Origin: a bacterium
Lineage (GTDB): Bacteria; Hinthialibacterota; Hinthialibacteria; Hinthialibacterales; Hinthialibacteraceae
Direction of reading: 5' to 3'
DNA length: 64,000 nt
Assembly: GCA_963662285.2 (NCBI GenBank)
Contig: CAXXMV010000008.1
Coordinates: 1-64,000, forward strand
The notes under the pieces were generated by a model, which was not told where the DNA came from, made no database searches, and worked only from the letters and a program-made list of their open reading frames with translations. The position numbers and the translations under genes were made by a program. Within the stretch, counting starts at the first letter, position 1. Every line of letters starts with the position of its first letter. Of the stretch, positions 49,285-58,527 are shown in pieces.

Positions 49285-51528
49285 ATGAACGAAATTATCT
49301 CTAATAATTGCGTATCTAATCGTAATCGTTGCGTACAAATTCTTATTCTTTGCTCGATATTCATGCTTATGTCATCGACGCATTCATCTATGGCGCAATC
49401 GGAATCTATTGAGTTTGAATACCAGTCAAAATACCCTGAGTTAGCCGTTGAAGACATGGTATACGCTGATCCGTATTACGCTGTTCTGCTAAGAGGTAAA
49501 TATCAACGCACCATACAGTTTTACTTAAGAGATGGCGACAGCTGGATATTGCACCACCAGAAGATAGTTGATATGCCGGAAGAACAGCAATTTCTTTCAT
49601 GTCAGGCCAACAATTCTCTTATGGTCATAAAATTCTTTTTGAAAGATACTCAATATGGATGCCAAGTCATTGATGTGAATACGGATGATGGCGCCTACGA
49701 TTATATAGTCATGCCAAAAGAAGAATTGAATTTTGATGGAGAAATCTTTCCTTATTCTCCAGCCATTGGATCGCTTCATATTCAAGAAAGAACTATTGTC
49801 TTTTTGGCGGATAACATATTTACCCGTATTTCTTATGATGAAGCATTAAATCAAGTTGAACATAATGAATATGTTGTTCCATCTGAATACAGTATTACTG
49901 ATTTTGATTTTCTTGGCGAAAATCTTCTCTTTGTCAGCAATCCAACCGCTGATATCAATGTTCCACTTCTAAGAGGGGTGGGAATAGCCCGCTTTAACTC
50001 ATCCAACGAATTAGTATTTGATAATAATCTTTGGTATTTCAAAACAGAAAGCATAGACGGAAAAGAAATATACCGAAAACCGGAAGCCATCCGTACTCTT
50101 GGAACAACATCATTTATAGTTCGTGAAACAGGGGAACTATCGTGGCTCTCGTGGCCCCGCCCCACTGAAGGCGCCGGTTATGAAATGCTGATTATCGATT
50201 GGAGCGACGGGGATAATCCAAAGTTAGTTCAAACCATTGGCGAACCGGATGTAGACTGGGAATACATCAGTAATGCAATATCCGGTTATGATGCAAACGA
50301 ATCAATGCTGGCTTTACAGATTCCCAACACTTCGCAAGCGGTTTTAAGTATTTATGAACCAATAGGCGGCAGTTGGGAAAAAAGTTCCTCTATTGATCTA
50401 TCATTTCCACGTTATCCATATATTTCTCTGGGCGGGAATGCCGTAATTTTAAAGAATTCGCAAGAACTATCGATATTTGACTTATCCGATCCATCAACGC
50501 CCCGCGAAATCGATCCTCCAGTGAATAAAACAGATAGGTTTTATTATCTCAATTATTACAATGAGATTTTCTATTACATTGATAATCATGGCGCTTTTAC
50601 TGCTGCGCGTTTTGATGAATCCAACAACATTAACATTGTCGACCAAGTTTCATTACCGGATGGCTGGCAAGTTGTTGGCGTTAACTATGGATTATGCGCA
50701 CTGAGGAAAGATAAAGAGATAAAAATAATCCCGCTTAATGCCAATGGCGGTTTCGGTGAAGAACTTATAACGCCGGAATATCCGAAAGACGATTCAATAA
50801 CTAATATTTTGGATCCAATGTGGAATGATGAATATTTGGTAATTGTTTATATTCAATACACGACAGAGGATCATAATTATCCTTCACCAACGGAATTTGT
50901 TATCCAGGTATATTCAAGAGATGGAGACCAAATCGGTTCAATGGTTTCTATGTTTTCCAATTCAAGCAGAGAGTTCAGTTCAATAATGCTGATTGAGGAC
51001 TTTTTTATAGCAACTGAAAGGTTAACCGGTGATGCCGGACAATATGAATTACAATATAAATTATTGATTTATCCGTTAGATTCGGATAATCCGGCTGAAA
51101 GCGTCATTGAGTATGATATTCCTATAAACGAAAATGTTGTAAATCAACGCCGTATGAGGGTTGTTAATAACATAAGTTATAATTCAGAATTGCAATATAT
51201 TGCATATTCAAGTTCTGCGCAATCCGGGATTATCGATTTTTCAGATGCTCAAAATCCAAAGCACTTGAATTTCTTTCTTCCTGCATCAGATTCCGTTCAT
51301 TGGAATAATGGCCGACTTTTCTTAAAACAAGGTGAATTAATAGATTGCTATCGTATTGAAGATGATAAAGCCGTTTTAATTGGAAGCATGAATGATCTAG
51401 CTGTTTCTTCATCATCCAATCCAATATTCTCTGAAGACGATATATACCTATCGCGGAGTTGGCTGGGAATGGAAAGATATAAGATGACGGTTGATCAAAC
51501 CAATGTTGAGAATTGGTTGTTGTATTAG
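49285..51528 (+). CDS. Secreted acidic beta-propeller (LVIVD-like) protein with C-terminal W-motif
   Basis: Signal peptide ...THSSMA|Q; LIIDWSDGDNPKLV, LSIFDLSDPSTPREI, IIDFSDAQNPKHL repeats; ends TNVENWLLY. Confidence 0.78.
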   Translation: MNEIISNNCVSNRNRCVQILILCSIFMLMSSTHSSMAQSESIEFEYQSKYPELAVEDMVYADPYYAVLLRGKYQRTIQFYLRDGDSWILHHQKIVDMPEEQQFLSCQANNSLMVIKFFLKDTQYGCQVIDVNTDDGAYDYIVMPKEELNFDGEIFPYSPAIGSLHIQERTIVFLADNIFTRISYDEALNQVEHNEYVVPSEYSITDFDFLGENLLFVSNPTADINVPLLRGVGIARFNSSNELVFDNNLWYFKTESIDGKEIYRKPEAIRTLGTTSFIVRETGELSWLSWPRPTEGAGYEMLIIDWSDGDNPKLVQTIGEPDVDWEYISNAISGYDANESMLALQIPNTSQAVLSIYEPIGGSWEKSSSIDLSFPRYPYISLGGNAVILKNSQELSIFDLSDPSTPREIDPPVNKTDRFYYLNYYNEIFYYIDNHGAFTAARFDESNNINIVDQVSLPDGWQVVGVNYGLCALRKDKEIKIIPLNANGGFGEELITPEYPKDDSITNILDPMWNDEYLVIVYIQYTTEDHNYPSPTEFVIQVYSRDGDQIGSMVSMFSNSSREFSSIMLIEDFFIATERLTGDAGQYELQYKLLIYPLDSDNPAESVIEYDIPINENVVNQRRMRVVNNISYNSELQYIAYSSSAQSGIIDFSDAQNPKHLNFFLPASDSVHWNNGRLFLKQGELIDCYRIEDDKAVLIGSMNDLAVSSSSNPIFSEDDIYLSRSWLGMERYKMTVDQTNVENWLLY
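51499..51528 (+). other. Conserved C-terminal motif, copy 4 (TNVENWLLY*)
   Basis: 5 of 9 residues identical to copy 3 although the proteins are unrelated. Confidence 0.8.
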
Positions 51529-51564
51529 TAGGATAGAGAAAACAGAGGCAGTGTTATGATGTAA

Positions 51565-51600
51565 AGCGGACAAGGCATGATGGCCTTGTCCGCTCTTAAT
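51565..51600 (+). terminator. Probable terminator
   Basis: AGCGGACAAGGC-ATGATG-GCCTTGTCCGCT. Confidence 0.65.
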
Positions 51601-51652
51601 TATTAAATTCATTCCTAAAGTTAACACGTATTTATTGGCGCTGAATTAAAAA

Positions 51653-51789
51653 TGTCTGAATCTGGATACCCTGGATGAAAGGATGATCAGGATGAGTGAT
51701 CTTGTTAATCGGATTATCCAAATAGAAAAGGCATCTATTGATATAAAATCCTGAATATCCGGCTCATCCGGAGAATCCAGATTCAGACA
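51653..51789. mobile_element. 137-bp MITE-like inverted-repeat element
   Basis: Perfect 15-bp terminal inverted repeat TGTCTGAATCTGGAT/ATCCAGATTCAGACA, extending imperfectly to about 40 bp with GGAT sub-repeats; no ORF. Confidence 0.6.
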
Positions 51790-51837
51790 AAAAAAACGTT
51801 ACCCATGCGATTTCGTTTCGTTTTTTTTATACTAAGG

Positions 51838-51869
51838 CTTTACTGCATAAAGTACTTGCAATAACAAAT
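51838..51869. promoter_or_regulatory. Putative tandem operator CTTT-N7-AAAG-TA-CTTg-N7-AAAt
   Basis: The same architecture recurs over the uppS start codon (53039-53061). Confidence 0.6.
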
Positions 51870-51883
51870 ATAGGATTTAGAAT

Positions 51884-52504
51884 ATGTCTATGAGCATAAA
51901 TAGAACTCTGACAACGGAGCATAGCGAAACGCCGTCATTGCATGCGCACGCTATGAACGACCTTCGTTTTATCCGCGATATGATGGAACGTTCCGCCTCG
52001 TTCACCGCTGTTTCTGGATGGGGGACAGTGCTAATGGGAGGCACGGCCATTGCGGCGTCATTGATAGCAGGCCAAAACGCCAATATGGATCATTGGCTTA
52101 TAGTATGGCTGGGTGAATCGCTTATTGCGTGCCTGATCGGATTCATCTCAATGACCATCAAATCGCGTGCGGTCAATATACCTCTATTCTGTAAAGCGGG
52201 TTGGCGGTTTATGCTGAACTTGTTCATTCCCATAATTGCGGGCATTCCATTGACCATTGTATTATATCAAAATGGACAGAGCGAAATATTGCCCGGTTTA
52301 TGGTTAATGCTATACGGAATCGGAGTCGCCACCGGGGGTGTTTTTGCAGTGGGCGTTGTCCCTGTTATGGGGGGTTGCTTCATTTTAACCGGCATGGCAG
52401 CTTTGTTCGCTTCACCTTTATGGGGCAATGCATTTTTGGCATTCGGCTTCGGTGGATTGCATATCTTTTTCGGCGGTATTATCGCCTGGAGGCATGGTGG
52501 CTAA
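51884..52504 (+). CDS. Six-TM membrane protein of the wHTH-uppS operon
   Basis: AMNDLRFIRDMMERSASFTAVSGWG, WLMLYG, GFGGLHIFFG; six hydrophobic helices. Confidence 0.8.
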   Translation: MSMSINRTLTTEHSETPSLHAHAMNDLRFIRDMMERSASFTAVSGWGTVLMGGTAIAASLIAGQNANMDHWLIVWLGESLIACLIGFISMTIKSRAVNIPLFCKAGWRFMLNLFIPIIAGIPLTIVLYQNGQSEILPGLWLMLYGIGVATGGVFAVGVVPVMGGCFILTGMAALFASPLWGNAFLAFGFGGLHIFFGGIIAWRHGG

Positions 52505-52892
52505 ACAGAATATCTTACAAAAAGATATGGATAACATTACCCCGAAAGAGAAATCCCAGGTTTTACGGGTAGTGCATGCCATCGCTTCAGATTCGAATCC
52601 CAAAAACCTGGATCGTTTGATTCATGAGCGCATCCGCTTGGGCATCGTCAGCGCTCTGGCGGTCAATGAGTCGCTTAGTTTCAAAGAGTTAAAGAAAATC
52701 CTCAAAGCGAGCGATGGCAATCTGAGCGTTCACGCCCGGAAACTGGAAGAAGCTGAGTATATTACCTGTAATAAGTCTTTTGATGGCCGTATGCCCAAAA
52801 CCGAATACCGCCTTACCAATGATGGCCGTCAAGCTTTAGAGAAATACTTAGCCCACATGGAAGCGCTAATCAAATCCATGCGGGGGAAATAG
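52494..52892 (+). CDS. Winged-helix transcriptional regulator (HTH_34, MarR/ArsR-like)
   Basis: LDRLIHERIRLGIVSAL, SFKELK, SDGNLSVHARKLEEAEYI, KTEYRLT. Start at ATG 52494 or GTG 52497, overlapping the upstream gene. Confidence 0.9.
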   Translation: MVAKQNILQKDMDNITPKEKSQVLRVVHAIASDSNPKNLDRLIHERIRLGIVSALAVNESLSFKELKKILKASDGNLSVHARKLEEAEYITCNKSFDGRMPKTEYRLTNDGRQALEKYLAHMEALIKSMRGK

Positions 52893-52926
52893 AGTTTGAT
52901 TTTATTGGATAAGGTTTGTGGTTACA

Positions 52927-52967
52927 AACCCCTCTTGAATTCTCCCCCATGCTTGGGGGAGAGGGTT
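52927..52967. repeat. Single degenerate family B-like REP
   Basis: AACCCCTCTTGAATTCTCCCCCATGCTTGGGGGAGAGGGTT; the hairpin resembles those of family B. Confidence 0.55.
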
Positions 52968-53038
52968 GATAGCGACCACAACTGCTTACGAATAAAAAAA
53001 GTTTTCAGTATAACATATAACGATTTTTTTTGGAGGTA

Positions 53039-53061
53039 TACTTTATCATGCAAAGTACTTT
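53039..53061. promoter_or_regulatory. Operator-like palindrome overlapping the uppS start codon
   Basis: TACTTT-ATCATGC-AAAGTA-CTTT. Confidence 0.6.
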
Positions 53062-53779
53062 TCTATGCCCAGTTTTATCAGGATTGCATAGCGCCATCAT
53101 TATGGATGGCAACGGACGCTGGGCGGTTCAGCAAGGATTATCGCGTAGCGAAGGCCACCGAGAAGGAGTAAAAACCGTGCGCCGCATCGTTGAATGCGCT
53201 CCAGATTGCGGCATCTCGGTTTTAACTTTGTACGCTTTTTCAGCGGATAACTGGAAAAGACCGGAAATTGAAGTAAAACTGCTGATGGAACTGTTATACC
53301 AATACCTGCTTTCCGAACGTAAGCGCTGTATAGATAAAGGCATCCGCATCAGCGTAATAGGTCGGCGTGATAGGCTTTCGTATACCCTGCGCACTGCGAT
53401 TCAAGCCACGGAAAGCGCCACGGTTATGGGGCAATCGCTTCATCTGCGCATCGCTATCGATTATTCGTCGCGCGATTCGATTCTGCAAGCGGCAAGAAAC
53501 AATCGGGATTTTATCAATGGAGATATTTCGCGGGAATCATTTTCTCTTTCTCTTGCTCAAGCCAATCATCTTGAAGGATATGCGCCGGATGTGGATTTGC
53601 TTATCCGCACCGGAGGAGAAAAGCGGCTGAGCGATTTTCTGCTTTGGGAAAGCGCTTATGCAGAACTGTATTTCACTGACCGGATGTGGCCCGAATTCAG
53701 CAATGATGACCTGAAGGAGGCAGTGGATTCATATCATCAAAGAGAAAGAAGATTTGGAGCAATTCCTTCAAATGCGTGA
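53048..53779 (+). CDS. uppS: cis-prenyltransferase (undecaprenyl/decaprenyl diphosphate synthase), probably a regulated paralog
   Basis: GGAGG RBS, ATG 53048 (MQSTF); [58 protein letters not shown]. Confidence 0.93.
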   Translation: MQSTFLCPVLSGLHSAIIMDGNGRWAVQQGLSRSEGHREGVKTVRRIVECAPDCGISVLTLYAFSADNWKRPEIEVKLLMELLYQYLLSERKRCIDKGIRISVIGRRDRLSYTLRTAIQATESATVMGQSLHLRIAIDYSSRDSILQAARNNRDFINGDISRESFSLSLAQANHLEGYAPDVDLLIRTGGEKRLSDFLLWESAYAELYFTDRMWPEFSNDDLKEAVDSYHQRERRFGAIPSNA

Positions 53780-53897
53780 ATAACAATAATTTATATAATA
53801 TATTTTTCAATACAAATTTACTATTATTTCATCCAAATACCCTACTATTATTATAGTAAATGCTAGAATATAAGTTGATTGGGAAAAGGAGGTTATA

Positions 53898-55760
53898 ATG
53901 GTATTGCTTTTTTCTAAGACAGCGTGGAGAACAACAACCCTGCATGTTATAATACCTGTTGTTTTCACAATTATCCTATTTATGTGCGCAATTTTTTTCC
54001 TGACCCTACCAGCTTTCAGAGAAAACCTGCTTGATTCCAAACGTGAAATGATACACGAAATAACAGAAATTACCTGGGGATTGTTAAATCAATATGAGGA
54101 AAGAGTTATAGATGGAGAGTTGACCCGTGAGGAAGCACAGAAAAGAGCAATTTCACGTATAAGTATATTACGTTACGGGCCAGAGTTGAAAGACTATTTT
54201 TGGATAAACGATATGCATCCCAACATGGTGATGCATCCTTACAGGCCTGATTTGGATGGGACGGATATTTCTGATTTTGCCGATCCCAATGGGAAAAAGT
54301 TATTCGTAGAGTTTGTCAAAGTCGTTCAACAGAATGGTTCCGGATATATAGATTATATGTGGCAATGGAAAGACGATCCCAACCGGATTGTTCCCAAGAC
54401 TTCATATGTCAAAGGCTTTGAGCCATGGGGCTGGGTCATTGGAACGGGGATTTATATTGAGGATGTTCAGGAAAAAATCAATTCTATAACCAATTATCTC
54501 TATCAAATTTGCATATCAATATTTGCCTTGATTATTATTTTGTCATTCTACATTATCTGGAACGGCGTATATCAAGACAAAAAAAGAGTTAAAGCGGAAA
54601 ATGCAATTCGCTATTTACGCAACCTGCTCAGCAATGTAATCAACTCAATGCCCTCTGTCTTGGTTGGAGTAGATATTGATGAAAAGATTATTCAGTGGAA
54701 CAAGGAAGCGGAGAGAATTACGGGAATTAAATCTGGTCAGGCATTAGGTCAACAATTATCTGACATCCTTCCTATAATAACAAAAGAAATAACTAAAATC
54801 AAACAAGCTATTAAAGATAGAGAGATCAAAAAACATAGAATCACTATACAAAGCAACCAAATTGATACCAAAATATCTGATATTACAGTATACCCGTTGA
54901 TTGCTAATGGAGTCGAGGGAGCGGTAATCCGAATTGATGATGTTACGGAGCAGATAAAAATTGAAGAAATGATGATTCAATCCGAGAAGATGCTATCAAT
55001 TGGCGGGCTGGCGGCGGGAATGGCTCATGAAATCAATAATCCACTAGCGGGCATCCTGCAGAATATTCAGGTTCTGCAAAACCGGTTATCCTGCGAAATG
55101 CCAAAAAACCGAAAAATAGCCGAAGAATGCGGGACTTCAATAGCTGCTATAAATACATATATTGATCGTCGTGATATCCAATCCATGATAACCGCCATAA
55201 TAGATTCTGGCAAACGGGCCGCAGCAATTGTCGAAAATATGCTTAGTTTCAGCCGTAAAAGTTCTTCATATCTTTATCCGCATGATATATCAACTCTACT
55301 CGATAAAACCATCGAACTGGCGTCAAACGATTATGATCTGAAGAAGAAATATGATTTTCGCCAGATTAAAATTGTCCGGGAATATGATGATGCGGTTCCC
55401 CCTGTTGAATGCGATGAAAATAAAATATTGCAGGTTATTTTAAATCTGTTAAAAAATGCCGCTCAATCCATGTGTGAATGGAAAGATCAAAAATCCCCCC
55501 CTCAGATAACCATTCGTTTGTTAAAAAAAGACCGTTTCCTTTCAATAGAAATTGAAGATAATGGACCAGGGATGACGGAGGATATTCGAAAGCGGATATT
55601 CGAACCGTTTTTCACGACCAAAAAAATCGGAGAAGGAACAGGTTTAGGGCTTTCTGTTTCTTACTTCATAATTGTCAAAAACCATAACGGCGCCATGCGC
55701 GTAGAATCCTCGCCAGGCAAAGGCGCAAAATTTATAATAGAATTGCCGTTGGTTGATTAA
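53898..55760 (+). CDS. Sensor histidine kinase (sCache_2 + PAS + HisKA + HATPase)
   Basis: Two TM segments around YFWIND..MVMHP..DPNGK..K.SYVKGFEPWGWVIGTGIY; [33 protein letters not shown]. Confidence 0.94.
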   Translation: MVLLFSKTAWRTTTLHVIIPVVFTIILFMCAIFFLTLPAFRENLLDSKREMIHEITEITWGLLNQYEERVIDGELTREEAQKRAISRISILRYGPELKDYFWINDMHPNMVMHPYRPDLDGTDISDFADPNGKKLFVEFVKVVQQNGSGYIDYMWQWKDDPNRIVPKTSYVKGFEPWGWVIGTGIYIEDVQEKINSITNYLYQICISIFALIIILSFYIIWNGVYQDKKRVKAENAIRYLRNLLSNVINSMPSVLVGVDIDEKIIQWNKEAERITGIKSGQALGQQLSDILPIITKEITKIKQAIKDREIKKHRITIQSNQIDTKISDITVYPLIANGVEGAVIRIDDVTEQIKIEEMMIQSEKMLSIGGLAAGMAHEINNPLAGILQNIQVLQNRLSCEMPKNRKIAEECGTSIAAINTYIDRRDIQSMITAIIDSGKRAAAIVENMLSFSRKSSSYLYPHDISTLLDKTIELASNDYDLKKKYDFRQIKIVREYDDAVPPVECDENKILQVILNLLKNAAQSMCEWKDQKSPPQITIRLLKKDRFLSIEIEDNGPGMTEDIRKRIFEPFFTTKKIGEGTGLGLSVSYFIIVKNHNGAMRVESSPGKGAKFIIELPLVD

Positions 55761-56040
55761 AGTTATCATAATAAACAGTTATCTATGCCCAGTTGTTAGC
55801 ATCAATATAAGCCATAGTATCACACTAATATAATAAATAATGGTATAAAGGAGTACTGACTTTCATATTGATATTAAAAGTTGATTAAATCATAGTAGTA
55901 AAATATTTTTTTTTGTTAAATTTTAATATATAAGTGGTATGATATGATATAAAGTTATTTTTAACTTGTATTAATTTTAGATAATATGCCAGAGATGGAT
56001 TAAGACAGAGTATCCGTCTTCTACTAATAGGAGCGTCATA

Positions 56041-56439
56041 ATGACTGAATTATCAGCCCGTATCTTGGTTGTAGATGATGAACCATCTATTCGAGGTAGT
56101 TTGTCAGCCTTCCTGGAAGACGTTGGTTATTATGTCCAAACTGCTGAAAGTGCGGAAAGCGCTCTTAAGATTCTTGAGATACATAAATTTGATATTGCCA
56201 TTGTCGATCTAAGGTTGCCCTTCATGAGCGGTGATGTTTTTATCATAAAAGTTCATGAGAAATATCCCGACATAAGTTTTTTAATCCATACGGGTTCAGT
56301 GGATTACAAATTATCAGATGATTTAATAAATATCGGGATTCGTCCTGATAATATTTTATTAAAACCTCTTCCAAGTTTACTGAATCTTATTGATAGAATC
56401 AAAAGAATCATTGTTGAAAAGGCTGACGCCAATGGTTGA
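56041..56439 (+). CDS. Single-domain response regulator
   Basis: AGGAG RBS; ILVVDDE, VDLRLP, HTG, KP. Confidence 0.92.
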   Translation: MTELSARILVVDDEPSIRGSLSAFLEDVGYYVQTAESAESALKILEIHKFDIAIVDLRLPFMSGDVFIIKVHEKYPDISFLIHTGSVDYKLSDDLINIGIRPDNILLKPLPSLLNLIDRIKRIIVEKADANG

Positions 56440-58480
56440 AAGCAAATCTCCATTAATTTTAACGATAGATGATGAAAAAAATATTCGTAAGAGTTTCCGT
56501 AATTTTCTGGAAGATTATGAATATCGGGTCATTGAGGCTGAAAATGGTCAAATTGGTCTAGAACTATTTAAAACGGAAAAGCCTAATCTAGTACTAGTTG
56601 ATTTGCGTATGCCTGAGATTGATGGATTAGAAGTTCTAAAAGAAATCACAAATATTTCACCGAACACACCGATTATTGTTGTATCTGGAACCGGCATAAT
56701 TGGAGACGCTGTCGAAGCCTTACGTTTAGGAGCATGGGATTACCTTTTAAAACCCATTGAAGATATTTCGGTTCTGCTGCATGCTGTTGAAAAAGCGCTT
56801 GAGCGCGCCAATTTGATTAGAGAAAATAAAGATTACCAGGAACACCTGGAACTGGAGATAAAAAAAAGAACCCAAGAACTTGAAGAAAGTAATGCGGCGC
56901 TGGCAGAATCAGAGAATACGCTTAATTCAATCATTGGTCAGATTCCTGATATCATCTACCGCCTTGATCCTGAAGGCAAAATTGTTTTCATCAGCCAATC
57001 CGTCTCGCGATATGGTTACAGCCCTGAATCTTTAATCGGTCAAAGTATTTTTGATTTTGTGCATCATGAAGATAAGGAAATTATCAAACAACACTTAAAT
57101 GAACGGAGAAAAGAAAAACGAAGCACCAAATCGCTTGAAGTACGCCTTAAAACTCCAAATCGTAAAGCCGATTCTATTGAATCACATGGCATAGGTGAAG
57201 ACAATAATTTTATATTCAGCGTTGATGCAGAAGGGATTTATTCTACGCAGAATAATGGAGAATCCAATTTTCTTGGAACCCAAGGTATTGCCAGAGATAT
57301 CACCGAGAGAAAAAAACTTGAAGAACAGTTGCAACACTCTCAGAAGATGGAAGCCATCGGCATGTTGGCTGGCGGCATCGCTCATGATTTTAACAACCTG
57401 CTGACCTCAATTATGGGATATAGTTATTTATCTCTTAATCAGTTAAAAGAAGACAATCCACTTTTCGGTAATATCAAAGAAATTCAATCAGCAGGCGAAA
57501 GAGCCACATCTTTAACGCGACAATTACTGGCTTTCAGCCGCAAACAGGTAATTCAGCCGCAAATAATCGACCTGAACAAATTGATCAATAATACCCAAAA
57601 AATGCTGAAACGCATCGTCGGCGAAAATATTGAATTCATTACAATTCCAGATTCATCTATCGGGTATTTGAAAGCCGATCCAGGGCAAATCGAGCAGATT
57701 GTCATGAACCTTGTCGTAAACGCCCGTGATGCAATGCCCAATGGCGGAAAACTTATTATTGAAACATCCAACACATACCTTGATGATGCTTACTCTAAAG
57801 AGCATATAGATGTCACGCCCGGTCAATACATCATGCTAAGCATCAGCGACAATGGCTGTGGAATAGACAAGGAGACGCTGAAGCATATCTTTGAACCATT
57901 CTTCACTACCAAGGAGATGGGGAAAGGAACCGGCCTGGGTTTATCTACTGTTTATGGAATCATAAAACAAAGCGGCGGGCATATTTTCGTTTATAGCGAA
58001 ATCGATAAAGGTACGGCGTTTAAGGTTTATTTCCCCCGCATTTATTTTGAGGAGGAAAAGCAACCTTCAGATATTGGCTCTGATAAGCATCTATATGGCA
58101 ACGAAACAATCCTGGTAGTTGAAGATGATGAGACAGTCAGAAAATTAATAGCAACCATATTAACAAGTTATGGTTACAAAATCCATATCGCTAATTCTGG
58201 CGATGCAGCCCTGCATTATATTAATAATCCTAAAGGTAAAATTGACTTACTGCTTACTGACGTAATATTACCGAAAATGAGTGGTACAGAACTAGCTGAC
58301 AAAGTTACTTCTATATGTAAGGATATTAAAATAGTCTTTATGTCGGGATATACTGATAGATCGATAGTACAGCATGGAATATTAGAAGAAGGAATCAACT
58401 ATATCCAAAAACCATTTACGCATGATATTCTGGTACAAAAAATCCGTAAAGTTTTAGATGCTAAAAGAAAATCTTCCTGA
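56432..58480 (+). CDS. Hybrid sensor kinase REC-PAS-HisKA-HATPase-REC (CckA-like architecture)
   Basis: ATG 56432 overlaps the upstream gene; IDDE/VDLRMP receiver, [25 protein letters not shown]-terminal VEDD/TDVILP receiver. Confidence 0.94.
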   Translation: MVESKSPLILTIDDEKNIRKSFRNFLEDYEYRVIEAENGQIGLELFKTEKPNLVLVDLRMPEIDGLEVLKEITNISPNTPIIVVSGTGIIGDAVEALRLGAWDYLLKPIEDISVLLHAVEKALERANLIRENKDYQEHLELEIKKRTQELEESNAALAESENTLNSIIGQIPDIIYRLDPEGKIVFISQSVSRYGYSPESLIGQSIFDFVHHEDKEIIKQHLNERRKEKRSTKSLEVRLKTPNRKADSIESHGIGEDNNFIFSVDAEGIYSTQNNGESNFLGTQGIARDITERKKLEEQLQHSQKMEAIGMLAGGIAHDFNNLLTSIMGYSYLSLNQLKEDNPLFGNIKEIQSAGERATSLTRQLLAFSRKQVIQPQIIDLNKLINNTQKMLKRIVGENIEFITIPDSSIGYLKADPGQIEQIVMNLVVNARDAMPNGGKLIIETSNTYLDDAYSKEHIDVTPGQYIMLSISDNGCGIDKETLKHIFEPFFTTKEMGKGTGLGLSTVYGIIKQSGGHIFVYSEIDKGTAFKVYFPRIYFEEEKQPSDIGSDKHLYGNETILVVEDDETVRKLIATILTSYGYKIHIANSGDAALHYINNPKGKIDLLLTDVILPKMSGTELADKVTSICKDIKIVFMSGYTDRSIVQHGILEEGINYIQKPFTHDILVQKIRKVLDAKRKSS

Positions 58481-58527
58481 ATAAACAGGCGCCCCGGTAG
58501 GTTGTCCGGCTATCCCGATTTATCCTC

